Shown here: one piece after another, positions 10,950 to 20,667 of the stretch
Position numbering within the stretch: position 1 is the first letter of the stretch
How the letters are laid out: the number at the start of each line of letters is the position of its first letter
Sequence record: SRR31156797_2365
Length of the DNA: 64,000 nucleotides
Direction: 5' to 3' (one strand)
Program-made: the position numbers and the translations under genes
Notes under the pieces: model-generated
Seen by the model: only the letters and a program-made list of their open reading frames with translations
Told to the model about the DNA's origin: nothing
Databases searched by the model: none

Positions 10950-12032
10950 ATGCCTGAAACGGAAAAAACTTACCGGAAAATTATTCATGTGGATATGGAT
11001 GCATTTTATGCCTCTGTCGAACAACGTGATTTCCCTGAGCTTCGCGGAAAGCCGGTTGCTGTTGGCGGAAGCCGTGAGCGTGGCGTGGTGGCAGCAGCTT
11101 CATACGAAGCCCGGAAATATGGTGTCCATTCTGCCATGCCTTCGGTTACTGCGCTGCGAAAATGCCGGAACATCATTTTTGTAAAGCCCAGGTTTGATGT
11201 CTACCGGAAGGTTTCCCGACAGATCAGGGAAGTGTTTTATGAATACACTGACCTTGTTGAACCACTATCGCTTGATGAAGCCTACCTGGATGTGACCGAA
11301 AATAAAAAAGGGATGTCCCTGGCAACAGAAATCGCCAAAGACATCAAGCGACGCATAAAATCTGAAATTAACCTAACGGCATCCACTGGTATTTCATGCA
11401 ATAAATTCCTGGCAAAAATTGCTTCTGATTTCGACAAACCCGATGGATTTTACCTGATCCATCCTTCACGGGCAGCAGCTTTTGTTGAAACCCTGCCCAT
11501 TGAAAAATTCCATGGGATCGGGAAAGTAACGGCAGGAAAAATGCGCAACCTTGGAATTGCGAATGGTGCCGACCTGAAGCGGCAGGAATTAACCGACCTG
11601 CTGCGATGGTTTGGTAAAGCGGGTTCGTATTACCACAATATTGCCCGTGGTGAAGACAACCGTATGGTTGAACCCGATCGCGAAAGGAAATCGATCAGCA
11701 CTGAACGTACTTTTGACCACGACCTCTCGGGGAAGGATGAATTGCGGCCCCACCTTGATGAGCTTGTTGAGGAACTGATGGGCAGAATGGATAAAAACAA
11801 AATATATGGTCGGACTCTGACCCTAAAAGTTAAGTTCTCGGATTTTCACCAAATAACTAGAAGCAAAAGTGCAAAGCGAAGTATCCATAAGAAAAAAGTG
11901 CTTGAAAAATTGATGCATGCCATTTTATTTGACCTGGAGCTGGAAGGCCAAATGGTACGATTACTGGGCCTGGGCATTTCAAACCTCGAGCGCCCCGGCA
12001 GTGGGGGTATCCAGCTTACGCTTGATTTTTAG
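10950..12032 (+). CDS. dinB: DNA polymerase IV
   Basis: IIHVDMDAFYASVEQR, ASYEAR, SLDEAYLD, NKFLAKIAS, little-finger C-terminus. Confidence 0.96.
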   Translation: MPETEKTYRKIIHVDMDAFYASVEQRDFPELRGKPVAVGGSRERGVVAAASYEARKYGVHSAMPSVTALRKCRNIIFVKPRFDVYRKVSRQIREVFYEYTDLVEPLSLDEAYLDVTENKKGMSLATEIAKDIKRRIKSEINLTASTGISCNKFLAKIASDFDKPDGFYLIHPSRAAAFVETLPIEKFHGIGKVTAGKMRNLGIANGADLKRQELTDLLRWFGKAGSYYHNIARGEDNRMVEPDRERKSISTERTFDHDLSGKDELRPHLDELVEELMGRMDKNKIYGRTLTLKVKFSDFHQITRSKSAKRSIHKKKVLEKLMHAILFDLELEGQMVRLLGLGISNLERPGSGGIQLTLDF

Positions 12033-13118
12033 CCGTTCCTCCACAGCAACCAGTTCAACCATCTCCATTTTACCTTTTAGGTCAATCTTCCCCATCGAGG
12101 TGTAATAAAAATGGTCATGATCTCCAACGAGTTCAGTCAGTTGCTTTGATGCCAGCAATTTTGAATTCAGCCAGTTGCACTGATTTTCGATACGGGAAGT
12201 TGTGTTTAAAACATCACCTGTATGAATAATATCCTTTTTCATTATCCCTACCTCACCGGTAGTTACCTTGCCATAATGCACACCAGCCTTGAATTCCGGA
12301 ATAAACCCATATTTTAACATGTATTTGTCCTTTTGCCTGGCCACCTCGTTTTCGATCATAAAAAAGCATTTCAGGCAATTTTGATTTTGAATACCACTCT
12401 GCATATCCCAACTCAAAACAACCTCATCCCCAACATACTGATAAATTCTGCCATTGGCATCCAACACGGGATTTGTAATATCTGCATAAAATTCCTGCAG
12501 GAAGCTAAAATACCTTTGATGACCAAGTAACTCAGCAATAGAAGTTGATGATTTTAGATCCAGAAACATAAAAATGCGTTGCTCGGTAAACGGCCGGTGG
12601 TATTTCCCCAAAACCATATCCAAAAAAACATGTGGCCCAAAAGAGTCCACAATACTGAGCGCAAATGTAGTGACTGATACGATGGTGAGCCAGGTAACCT
12701 GACTAACCAGATGGCTCCGTGAGACAATCCGATGACCGATGACCTCGACAAAGTTCTTACTACCATTATCACCAAGCCAGGTTACAGAATAAACGAATGA
12801 AATGATAATGTTCACGACCAGAATCACCAGCATAACAAAAACAGCATTGATCACTATTTTGAGAATAAAAGGCTTGCCTTTCAGTTTTTCATCAAACACA
12901 AAAATCATAACCGAACCACCCAGCAATCCACCCAGCAATCCTCCTCCCAACCCCGAAAGTATTGATGCGGTAAAACTGTATTGGTCTTTGGCTGCAATAA
13001 ATTCGCCATCGATATACAGGTCGAGATAAAGTGCAAGCAACACCCCGATCACCATCCAAATCAAAGTAAGTATGAGCCATTTATGAAATTTGAGCCTGAA
13101 TGAATTGGTCATGGACAA
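11979..13118 (-). CDS. Membrane-bound class III adenylate/guanylate cyclase domain protein
   Basis: About 4 N-terminal TM helices; FLDLKSST, YQYVGDEV, GDVLNTTSRI catalytic motifs. Confidence 0.88.
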   Translation of the reverse strand: MSMTNSFRLKFHKWLILTLIWMVIGVLLALYLDLYIDGEFIAAKDQYSFTASILSGLGGGLLGGLLGGSVMIFVFDEKLKGKPFILKIVINAVFVMLVILVVNIIISFVYSVTWLGDNGSKNFVEVIGHRIVSRSHLVSQVTWLTIVSVTTFALSIVDSFGPHVFLDMVLGKYHRPFTEQRIFMFLDLKSSTSIAELLGHQRYFSFLQEFYADITNPVLDANGRIYQYVGDEVVLSWDMQSGIQNQNCLKCFFMIENEVARQKDKYMLKYGFIPEFKAGVHYGKVTTGEVGIMKKDIIHTGDVLNTTSRIENQCNWLNSKLLASKQLTELVGDHDHFYYTSMGKIDLKGKMEMVELVAVEERLKIKRKLDTPTAGALEV

Positions 13119-13150
13119 TAGTTATTTATCGGGGTCCAAGATAAAAAAAA

Positions 13151-13177
13151 GCACGATATGAACCATCCATATCGTGC
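13151..13177 (-). terminator. Rho-independent terminator of lpdA
   Basis: GCACGATATG-N7-CATATCGTGC perfect 10-bp stem followed by a T run on the minus strand. Confidence 0.8.
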
Positions 13178-13203
13178 CATTTAGAAATTTGTTTGTTGAT
13201 ATA

Positions 13204-14595
13204 TTATAAATGTATCACTTCATCATAGGCAGCGGCGGTTGCTTCCATAACAGCCTCTGACATTGTCGGGTGTGGATGAATGGTTTTGATGATCTCCTCA
13301 CCCGTGGTTTCAAGCCTACGGGCGGCAACCACTTCAGCAATCATTTCGGTAACGTTGTCACCAATCATGTGGGCACCCAGCCATTCGCCATATTTGGCAT
13401 CAAAAATCACCTTAACGAACCCTTCTTTGCTTCCTGCGGCGCTTGCCTTCCCAGAGGCTGTAAACGGGAACTTACCTACCCTAATTTCATATCCGGCATC
13501 TTTGGCCTGCTTTTCAGTCATACCTACTGATGCAACCTCAGGAACAGTGTAAGTGCATCCGGGAACATTGCCGTAATCGATGGCCTCAACGTCCTTGCCG
13601 GCAATTTTTTCAACACAGGCAATACCTTCATGAGAAGCCATGTGTGCCAAAGCCGGGCCATGAACAATGTCACCGATGGCATAATAACCGTCAACATTTG
13701 TTTTATAAAAATCATCCACGACAACCTTACCCTTTTCAGTTTTGATACCAACCTCTTCAAGACCAATCCCCTCGATATTGGTGGCTATGCCAACCGCTGA
13801 AAGCACCACATCCGCCTCAACTACTTCTTCACCTTTTTTAGTTTTGATGGTTACTTTGCATTTCTTGCCTGATTTATCCACTTTGGTTACCTCGGAGGAG
13901 GTCATCACCTTCATGCCGGCTTTTTTAAATGAGCGGCCGAGTGTTTTAGAGACTTCCTCATCTTCAAGAGGAACGATATTTGGCAGGAATTCAACGAGGG
14001 TAACTTTTGTACCAATGGAGTTATAGAAATACGCAAACTCTGACCCTATTGCCCCTGATCCAACAACAACCATCGATTCAGGTTTGTTTTCAAGGGTCAT
14101 GGCTTTGCGGTAACCAATAATTTTTTTTCCATCCTGTTTCAGGGCCGGAAGTTCGCGTGACCGTGCTCCTGTCGCAATTATAATATGATCAGCATCATAA
14201 ACCTGTTTTTCACCTTTGTCCGGTGTTACTTCAACTTTCTTACCCGGAAGTGCTTTTCCAAAACCGCTGAGTACATCAATTTTATTTTTCTTAAACAGGA
14301 AGTTTACTCCGTTACTCATTCCGGAAGCCACCTCCCGGCTACGTTTTATCATTGCATCAAAATCCGGTGTTGCTTCACCTTCCAGTTTAATGCCATAGTC
14401 GCCGGCATGTTTTGTATAATTATAGACCTGTGCACTTTTGAGCAGCGCCTTTGTGGGGATACAACCCCAGTTGAGGCAGACACCACCAACCGATTCTTTT
14501 TCAACAACTGCTGTCTTCATACCGAGTTGCGATGCCCTGATGGCAGCAACGTATCCGCCGGGGCCACTTCCAATCACTATCAGATCGTATTTCAT
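13204..14595 (-). CDS. lpdA: Dihydrolipoamide dehydrogenase (E3)
   Basis: GSGPGGYVAAIRA, GGVCLNWGCIPTK, GSGAIG, HPHPTMSE. Confidence 0.97.
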   Translation of the reverse strand: MKYDLIVIGSGPGGYVAAIRASQLGMKTAVVEKESVGGVCLNWGCIPTKALLKSAQVYNYTKHAGDYGIKLEGEATPDFDAMIKRSREVASGMSNGVNFLFKKNKIDVLSGFGKALPGKKVEVTPDKGEKQVYDADHIIIATGARSRELPALKQDGKKIIGYRKAMTLENKPESMVVVGSGAIGSEFAYFYNSIGTKVTLVEFLPNIVPLEDEEVSKTLGRSFKKAGMKVMTSSEVTKVDKSGKKCKVTIKTKKGEEVVEADVVLSAVGIATNIEGIGLEEVGIKTEKGKVVVDDFYKTNVDGYYAIGDIVHGPALAHMASHEGIACVEKIAGKDVEAIDYGNVPGCTYTVPEVASVGMTEKQAKDAGYEIRVGKFPFTASGKASAAGSKEGFVKVIFDAKYGEWLGAHMIGDNVTEMIAEVVAARRLETTGEEIIKTIHPHPTMSEAVMEATAAAYDEVIHL

Positions 14596-14774
14596 AATCT
14601 CTTGTTTTAATTATTTGCTTAAAAAACCGACTTTTCAGCAACAGCTATGATGAATTTTTCTTGCGAAAAAAATCAGCTTTCTGGTTGATTTATACTCTTT
14701 TAAATTGCCTGCAAAAGTATGAAAAATCAAGGTTTGGCTTTTATTGACGAATTGCAGCCCGCCGTTAAATTATG

Positions 14775-15473
14775 TTAACCCGGAAAGTATTCACATTGAG
14801 TGCCAAGGCATTGCTTATTACTCCTGAAAAACTTACATTTTATATCCTGCCTGACAGGGATTTTTACGCCCAGTTTTTCATCAATAAAATCCAGCGTATG
14901 TGTAAGAGCGGTATAGGTATCGCGTTTGCAACAGCGAGGCCCGCCTTTTTTGGCAATTTCAACCAGGCAGGTACCGGTAAGCAGGTTGGATAGTTGCCAG
15001 CTTTCACATGAAAGTGGGGTATTTCCGGTAATGATACTGAAAAATACTCCTGATCCCACACCGGCACCGCAATTGCCATGAGAACCACAAAATCCGCCCG
15101 GAACTTTCTCCGAACGTTGCCGGGCAATGGCCAGTTTTTCCCGCTTAATCCCACTCTCATTCCTCTGATTATAAAAAGCTGCAATAAGCACTGCAGGAAC
15201 CAGAAAGTGATGTTCAGGGCCATGCATCTTAAACCCCGAATGACTCATGATCAAATCAGCCATCTCAACAGGATCAGTTAAATCTGAATTCAGGCAAAAG
15301 CGCTCTATAAGATCATTTGGGACTGAACTGTGGCACACATCACAAACATAATGGCCGGAAGGGCATTTTACGGATTCCTGAAATTCCTCGCCGCAATAAC
15401 TACATGCCAGTCTTTCGGTTTTCTGGGAATACTCCAGCTCGAGCCCGCAAATCAGACATCCATTATCAACCAT
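14775..15473 (-). CDS. Cys-rich DUF5714-like protein
   Basis: CxxC pairs, CPSGHYVCDVCH, MHGPEHH, GGFCGSHGNCGAG, GGPRCCKR, C-terminal Cys cluster. Confidence 0.78.
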   Translation of the reverse strand: MVDNGCLICGLELEYSQKTERLACSYCGEEFQESVKCPSGHYVCDVCHSSVPNDLIERFCLNSDLTDPVEMADLIMSHSGFKMHGPEHHFLVPAVLIAAFYNQRNESGIKREKLAIARQRSEKVPGGFCGSHGNCGAGVGSGVFFSIITGNTPLSCESWQLSNLLTGTCLVEIAKKGGPRCCKRDTYTALTHTLDFIDEKLGVKIPVRQDIKCKFFRSNKQCLGTQCEYFPG

Positions 15474-15475
15474 CT

Positions 15476-17263
15476 TTATTCCTTTCGTTTTTTCAGCTCC
15501 TGGGTAGCCATATAAGCAGCATCCTTTGCAACCATTTTGCTTAATGAAATTCCATCTTTTTCAGCCTTCTTCCTAACAGCTTCCAGCCACTCCGGAGAAT
15601 TACGGATTAGCGATTCAAAATGTCGGACCATCCGCTTAAAAGGTGTTTCGTTTTTCAGAAACTGATCAGCCATATATTCTGCATCCACACTTACCATTTC
15701 ATCAAGTGGCATATGGAACCGATCGGCTTTTTGCCTTATCAGCTGCAACCAACCGGAGTTATTATAAATACTATCACGATATGCATGAATCAGCTCAAAT
15801 TTTCGGTAAGTATCCGGGTTCCTGGATTTAAATACAAACATGGCTTCATCTTCAAGCTGTGCTTCAAAAGTCTGGTCATTTTTCTCTGCTTTTATCCGCG
15901 TTGAATCACTCCATGTTTCATTTTCTTCAATAATGCTTTTATAATACCTGTCGCCATACCATATCAGGTAAGTTTCAAAATCCTTACGAACAGCCTCATC
16001 ATGCGCATTCAGGTGGATAAGCTTTTCAAGGTTTTCTCCCGTTTTTTCGGCAGTTTTCTGCAACTGGTCAAACCAGGCAGAATAATTCCTGATCTTCACT
16101 TCATATTTTTCAACGATGTCTCCTGTATATCTGGGACCATAAGCTTCGAAAAGTTGTTCAACAAATTCCCAACCAAATTTATACAGGAAGCGCTCCGTGA
16201 TACCTATGAGAACAACATCCTGTTTTTCGACTTCCGATGTGAGATCCAGATCGTCTGTCCAGACTTCATTAAAATAAAACTCCGGATAAACCTTTGCATT
16301 GAAATACCAGAATGCCTCGTTTGCAAAAAGGTTTTGTGGAACCCTGGTATTATAAATATTCCAGTAGTAGCTGTCCGCAACGGCCAGCACCATAGGACGG
16401 GTTTTGGCAGTATCCTCATGGAAACTAAAAAACGGGTAAGGCAATGGTGGTTGATCCAGGGTAAAAAGCAGGTTGCTGGTCATACCGGCATCATAATCTG
16501 ATGCAGAAATACTATCCATCACCATGCGTGTTTCCACAGAAAATTCCTGCATATCAATACTCCGGACCGACTCTACAAATCGAATAAGGGTATCAGTAAC
16601 AAAACGCATGGTGTGCTCACTCCAGTGGATCCCGTATGGTGGATAAACCGGATACCGTATGGTGTCGCTAACCTGCATCAGGTAAGCATTCAAGTCGAGG
16701 AGATTGATGTCCAGTTCCTGGGCTTTTTGTCTGAAAATTTCATAGTTGGATGTTGTGAATCCATCATCAAGGTAGATTTCAGGTATGAATTCGGGCTGGA
16801 TTCGTGCCTTACTCGGTTCAAGCACCAGAATAACATCAATGTCAAATTTTGATTTCAGGTGATCCTGGATAAATTTGAGTTTTTTCATTGTTCGGGTGAT
16901 GGTACCTTCGCCAATAAAATCCTTACCTGTGTATGCCCTGATATAGTCGTATTCGTAGAGGATGTTGCTTTTCCCTTTGACAAGCCCTTCGGCATTAATG
17001 TGATCGAAAAGGCTGAAATCGATCTGGTTGTTGAGCCTTACAAAAAAATTCCTGAACCCGATGTGATCTTCGATGTACCGGTCGAAACCTGCCTGGAATG
17101 TTCCGTTGAGCCAGTTATCGGTTGAATATTCCGGAAACTCGCCCAACACAAAATCACCGTTGAGTTGCCCTTCATCAAACACATTAAAGAATCGCTGAAT
17201 CATCGGTAGCGAAAGCGACCCAAGCACAATAAGAAAAATGATATGTTTGAAAAACTTCTGCAA
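15476..17263 (-). CDS. AlgX/AlgJ-like SGNH polysaccharide O-acetyltransferase with C-terminal helical repeats
   Basis: N-terminal TM; DHIGFR, PSKA, GIHWS, VADSYYW, ERFL; located downstream of an MBOAT gene. Confidence 0.78.
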   Translation of the reverse strand: MQKFFKHIIFLIVLGSLSLPMIQRFFNVFDEGQLNGDFVLGEFPEYSTDNWLNGTFQAGFDRYIEDHIGFRNFFVRLNNQIDFSLFDHINAEGLVKGKSNILYEYDYIRAYTGKDFIGEGTITRTMKKLKFIQDHLKSKFDIDVILVLEPSKARIQPEFIPEIYLDDGFTTSNYEIFRQKAQELDINLLDLNAYLMQVSDTIRYPVYPPYGIHWSEHTMRFVTDTLIRFVESVRSIDMQEFSVETRMVMDSISASDYDAGMTSNLLFTLDQPPLPYPFFSFHEDTAKTRPMVLAVADSYYWNIYNTRVPQNLFANEAFWYFNAKVYPEFYFNEVWTDDLDLTSEVEKQDVVLIGITERFLYKFGWEFVEQLFEAYGPRYTGDIVEKYEVKIRNYSAWFDQLQKTAEKTGENLEKLIHLNAHDEAVRKDFETYLIWYGDRYYKSIIEENETWSDSTRIKAEKNDQTFEAQLEDEAMFVFKSRNPDTYRKFELIHAYRDSIYNNSGWLQLIRQKADRFHMPLDEMVSVDAEYMADQFLKNETPFKRMVRHFESLIRNSPEWLEAVRKKAEKDGISLSKMVAKDAAYMATQELKKRKE

Positions 17264-17303
17264 ATGAATATTTAGTTTTTACTATGAGGTCAAAAAAAAA
17301 ATC

Positions 17304-17413
17304 GCCACGAAATCTCAAAGACACAAAATCCACACAAAGTCTCTCCTGATTATTATTGCTATCTTAAATTCAATTTCGTGAAACCTTTGTGAATTGGTGC
17401 CTTTGTGGCATTC
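17304..17413. repeat. REP-like imperfect inverted-repeat pair (A1 17304-17339 / B1 17374-17413), empty unit
   Basis: gccacgaaatctcaaagacacaaaatccacacaaag faces tttcgtgaaacctttgtgaattggtgcctttgtggcattc. Confidence 0.7.
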
Positions 17414-17447
17414 AATCACACGAAACCAAAAACAATCTCAATTTATT

Positions 17448-17483
17448 GCCACTAAAACACTAAAGCACAAAAATCACACAAAA
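17448..17483. repeat. REP-like repeat A2, downstream flank of the GxxExxY gene
   Basis: gccactaaaacactaaagcacaaaaatcacacaaaa; similar to A1 and complementary to B2. Confidence 0.65.
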
Positions 17484-17511
17484 AAATATCACAAATTTAC
17501 TTGCTCAAAAT

Positions 17512-17916
17512 TTATTTAATGATTCGTTTTATACCTTGGTTTATTCTAACAACGATAAAGTTAATGAGAAATCCCAATCTTTTTTCGGTCAAGGCCAAAT
17601 GACTCAAAACTTGAGCATGCCATACCGGATTAACTTCATCAACAGCCTTAAGTTCGCAGATTACCTCACCTTCAACCAAAACATCTAACCTTAAGCCTTC
17701 CTCAAAACGAATTCCATCATAAACAATTGGGATATCAATCTGCCTTTCATAAGATAAGCCACGTTTCCCCAATTCATGACAAAAACATACTTCATAAACC
17801 TTTTCAAGCAAACCAGGCCCTAATCTTTTATGAACTGCAAACGCACTATCAACAATCTTTCTGGCAATTTCTTCGATTTCAGGAGAAAGTGGCTCGAATT
17901 TGTTTTGCTTTTCCAA
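17512..17916 (-). CDS. GxxExxY protein (PD-(D/E)XK nuclease superfamily)
   Basis: LGPGLLEKVY signature, RLDVLVE, ICELKAV, LGFLINF. Confidence 0.92.
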   Translation of the reverse strand: MEKQNKFEPLSPEIEEIARKIVDSAFAVHKRLGPGLLEKVYEVCFCHELGKRGLSYERQIDIPIVYDGIRFEEGLRLDVLVEGEVICELKAVDEVNPVWHAQVLSHLALTEKRLGFLINFIVVRINQGIKRIIK

Positions 17917-17932
17917 TTTTTCTTAGGTTTTA

Positions 17933-17972
17933 TTTCGTGAAACCTTGGTGTTTTGGTGCCTTTGTGGCATTC
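17933..17972. repeat. REP-like repeat B2, upstream flank of the GxxExxY gene
   Basis: 37/40 identical to B1 at 17374-17413. Confidence 0.75.
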
Positions 17973-18002
17973 TTAAATATTTCAATTATCAATTTCATAA
18001 TA

Positions 18003-19427
18003 TTAAAACCTGAAATAAATAAACGGGTTGAAGGATGATGAAGTGATAGACCCGATGCAGACTGCCGTAAAAATCATAGCAACGAGAGCCATCCACAGCA
18101 ATGTGAATGCATTTTTCTTCTTTTCGAGCACACCCATCCACCAACTTTCTATTTTACCAAAGGCTGCAATAAAGGCAAATAAGGCCCCGGCAACCATCAT
18201 CCACCAGAATTCCTGCCCAAATTGCAAACCAAGGTTCATCCCATTGAAGGCGAACATCCTGCCAATGTATTCAAAAGCAAAGGTCAGTGATTCAGCCCTG
18301 AACAGCACCCATCCAATCAATGTGATGAAATAGGTAATGATGATACTTGGATATTTCCCGATAAATTTGGTGAAGCGGATAAAAAACATGCGGTCGGCGA
18401 TCAGGAACAAACCATGAAACCCTCCCCACACCACGAAGTTCCAGGCGGCACCATGCCACAGTCCTGATATCAGGAAAACGATCCACAAATTCAGATACAT
18501 TTTTGGCAGGCTCACACGGTTACCACCCAGTGGGATATAAAGATAATCCCTCATCCAGCGGCCCAGCGTAATATGCCAGCGGCGCCAGAATTCGGTAATA
18601 TTCTGTGAAACATAAGGATTGTTGAAATTCTCCGGGAACTTAAATCCAATCATCCGTCCGATCCCAATGGCCATATCAGAATACCCTGAAAAATCATAAT
18701 AAATCTGGAAGGAGTATGCCACAATCCCAACCCAGGCAATGGGTGTGGAAATATCAGCGGTAGGCATGGCAAAAATTTCATCCACCTGCTCTCCCAAAAC
18801 ATTGGCAATCAACACCTTTTTGGATAGCCCGATTACAAACCTGAAAAACCCCAACAAACGGGCATCCACGGTTTCAAAACTCCTGCGGGTTTCAATCTGG
18901 TCGGCAATTTCATGAAATCGAACAATAGGCCCTGCAATTAGTTGGGGGAACATCAGGATGTACATGGTGTAATCCCAAATTTTTTCTAGTGGGGCATGCA
19001 ACCTGCGATAAACATCCACCGAGTAGGTGAGTTTCTGGAATGTAAAAAATGATATCCCAATGGGCAGAGCCACCGCCACCCAGTGTGCCGGCTCCATTCC
19101 AAACCAGCCAAGCAAAGTATTGAAATTATCAACCATGAAATTGGCATACTTAAAATAGGCCAACATGCCCACATTAAGCACAACCGAAATACCGAGCAGG
19201 ATCTTTCGGGCTTTTGCCAGCGTGGATTTGTGCATAAGATCCACAATAAAAAAGTCGAGGAATATGGAACCAAGTACGATAAAGATAAAATCAGGCGCTC
19301 CCCAGGCATAGAAAAAAATGCTTGCAAGCAGCGTGAACACGTTTTTTAGCTTTACCGGCAGCAAATAATAAATGATAAGAAATGCCGGTAAAAAATAGAG
19401 TAGAAAGAGGCTGCTGCTAAAGACCAT
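18003..19427 (-). CDS. MBOAT family O-acyltransferase (AlgI/PatA-like)
   Basis: MVFSS, LPIGISFFTFQ, FPQLIAGPIVR, YDFSGYSDMAIG, FWRRWHITL, SGLWHGA, NPFIYFRF. Confidence 0.95.
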   Translation of the reverse strand: MVFSSSLFLLYFLPAFLIIYYLLPVKLKNVFTLLASIFFYAWGAPDFIFIVLGSIFLDFFIVDLMHKSTLAKARKILLGISVVLNVGMLAYFKYANFMVDNFNTLLGWFGMEPAHWVAVALPIGISFFTFQKLTYSVDVYRRLHAPLEKIWDYTMYILMFPQLIAGPIVRFHEIADQIETRRSFETVDARLLGFFRFVIGLSKKVLIANVLGEQVDEIFAMPTADISTPIAWVGIVAYSFQIYYDFSGYSDMAIGIGRMIGFKFPENFNNPYVSQNITEFWRRWHITLGRWMRDYLYIPLGGNRVSLPKMYLNLWIVFLISGLWHGAAWNFVVWGGFHGLFLIADRMFFIRFTKFIGKYPSIIITYFITLIGWVLFRAESLTFAFEYIGRMFAFNGMNLGLQFGQEFWWMMVAGALFAFIAAFGKIESWWMGVLEKKKNAFTLLWMALVAMIFTAVCIGSITSSSFNPFIYFRF

Positions 19428-19515
19428 CTGGTTCCGTAGAGTTTAAAAACGGCTGCAAATGTACGTGCTTTTTTGGTTTTGCTAAGTTCAATACCAAAGT
19501 TAAAATGCGCAGGTT

Positions 19516-20454
19516 TTAATCAATTTTGCAGATCATCTCCCTGATGATCTCACCACTTTTGGCCAGTGCTTCCTGTTCGGGTTTGCTGAGTTTCATGTGT
19601 AAAGGGGCAATGATATTTCGACCACCAACCAAGTGGGGCAACGAAACCGTTGTGTAGCCGGCACCCTGAATGTCATGGGTTGGCCTGCAGATGGTGAGGA
19701 TGCTTCGCTGCTCGTGGGCAATTACATCCACGATTTGGGCCACTGCAGCACCAATACCATAATATGTTGCCCCCTTTCCTTCGATGATCTGGTAAGCTGC
19801 ATAACGAACCTTTTTATCGATATTATCCATCACATCCTGGTCGAATTTCAATTTCCTGATGCGCACAAAATCATCGAGAGGCAAACCGCCGATATCAACG
19901 ATCGACCACGTTATCACCTCCGAATCGCCATGTTCTCCAATCACATAACCATGCACATGTTGAGAATCCACACCCAGGTATCCACCCAAAAGCGATCTGA
20001 ACCTTGCCGTATCCAACGTGGTGCCCGAGCCGATAATCCGGTGATTTGAATAGCCCATTTCGGCAGCATATGTTGCTGTAAAGTGCGTCATCACATCCAC
20101 CGGGTTGGTTGTTACCAACAGCATTGCTTCCGGAGCATATTTTAGAATTTGCGGGACAATGGCCTTCATGATGGCTGCATTTCTGCCCAGGAGTTCAAGC
20201 CGCGATTCACCGGGTTTTTGGTTTACACCGGCCGCAATCACAACAATCCCGGCACCGGCCAGATCAGCATAATCACCCGACGAAACTGCTGCCGGCTGTG
20301 TAAAAGGTACGGCGTGGGAAATATCTGCCGCTTCCGCAACAGCGCGGTCCTTGTTCACATCAATCATCACAATGGATGTGGCAGCTTTGCGCATCAAAAT
20401 TGAATATGCGATGGTGGAGCCCACCAGTCCTGTTCCTATGATCCCTATTTTCAT
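19516..20454 (-). CDS. ldh: L-lactate dehydrogenase
   Basis: GTGLVG, AGVNQKPGESRL (Gln specificity residue of LDH), TNPVD, GTTLDTARF, GEHGDS, KGATYYGIG. Confidence 0.9.
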   Translation of the reverse strand: MKIGIIGTGLVGSTIAYSILMRKAATSIVMIDVNKDRAVAEAADISHAVPFTQPAAVSSGDYADLAGAGIVVIAAGVNQKPGESRLELLGRNAAIMKAIVPQILKYAPEAMLLVTTNPVDVMTHFTATYAAEMGYSNHRIIGSGTTLDTARFRSLLGGYLGVDSQHVHGYVIGEHGDSEVITWSIVDIGGLPLDDFVRIRKLKFDQDVMDNIDKKVRYAAYQIIEGKGATYYGIGAAVAQIVDVIAHEQRSILTICRPTHDIQGAGYTTVSLPHLVGGRNIIAPLHMKLSKPEQEALAKSGEIIREMICKID

Positions 20455-20667
20455 AAATATTAGCTTTTCTCTTTTAACAGATTTGCGGAGGATTGTTCAT
20501 TTTATGCATTCCTGTTTTTTTGATTCTTATGTTAACATTAAGCTAAATCCTATCAATTCGGGGTTCCTGCAACGGATTATTCGTTAAACATATTTAAACT
20601 TGTTGGATAAAGTTGATTTTAGGTTATTTTTCGGCCAATCGTTTGAAACATATTCGAATCGCAGAAA

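Noticed and set aside
17304-17972. Repeats as a CRISPR array or integron attC sites
   Set aside because: Alternating inverted orientation, irregular spacing, no cas or integrase gene, and no clear RYYYAAC/GTTRRRY ends
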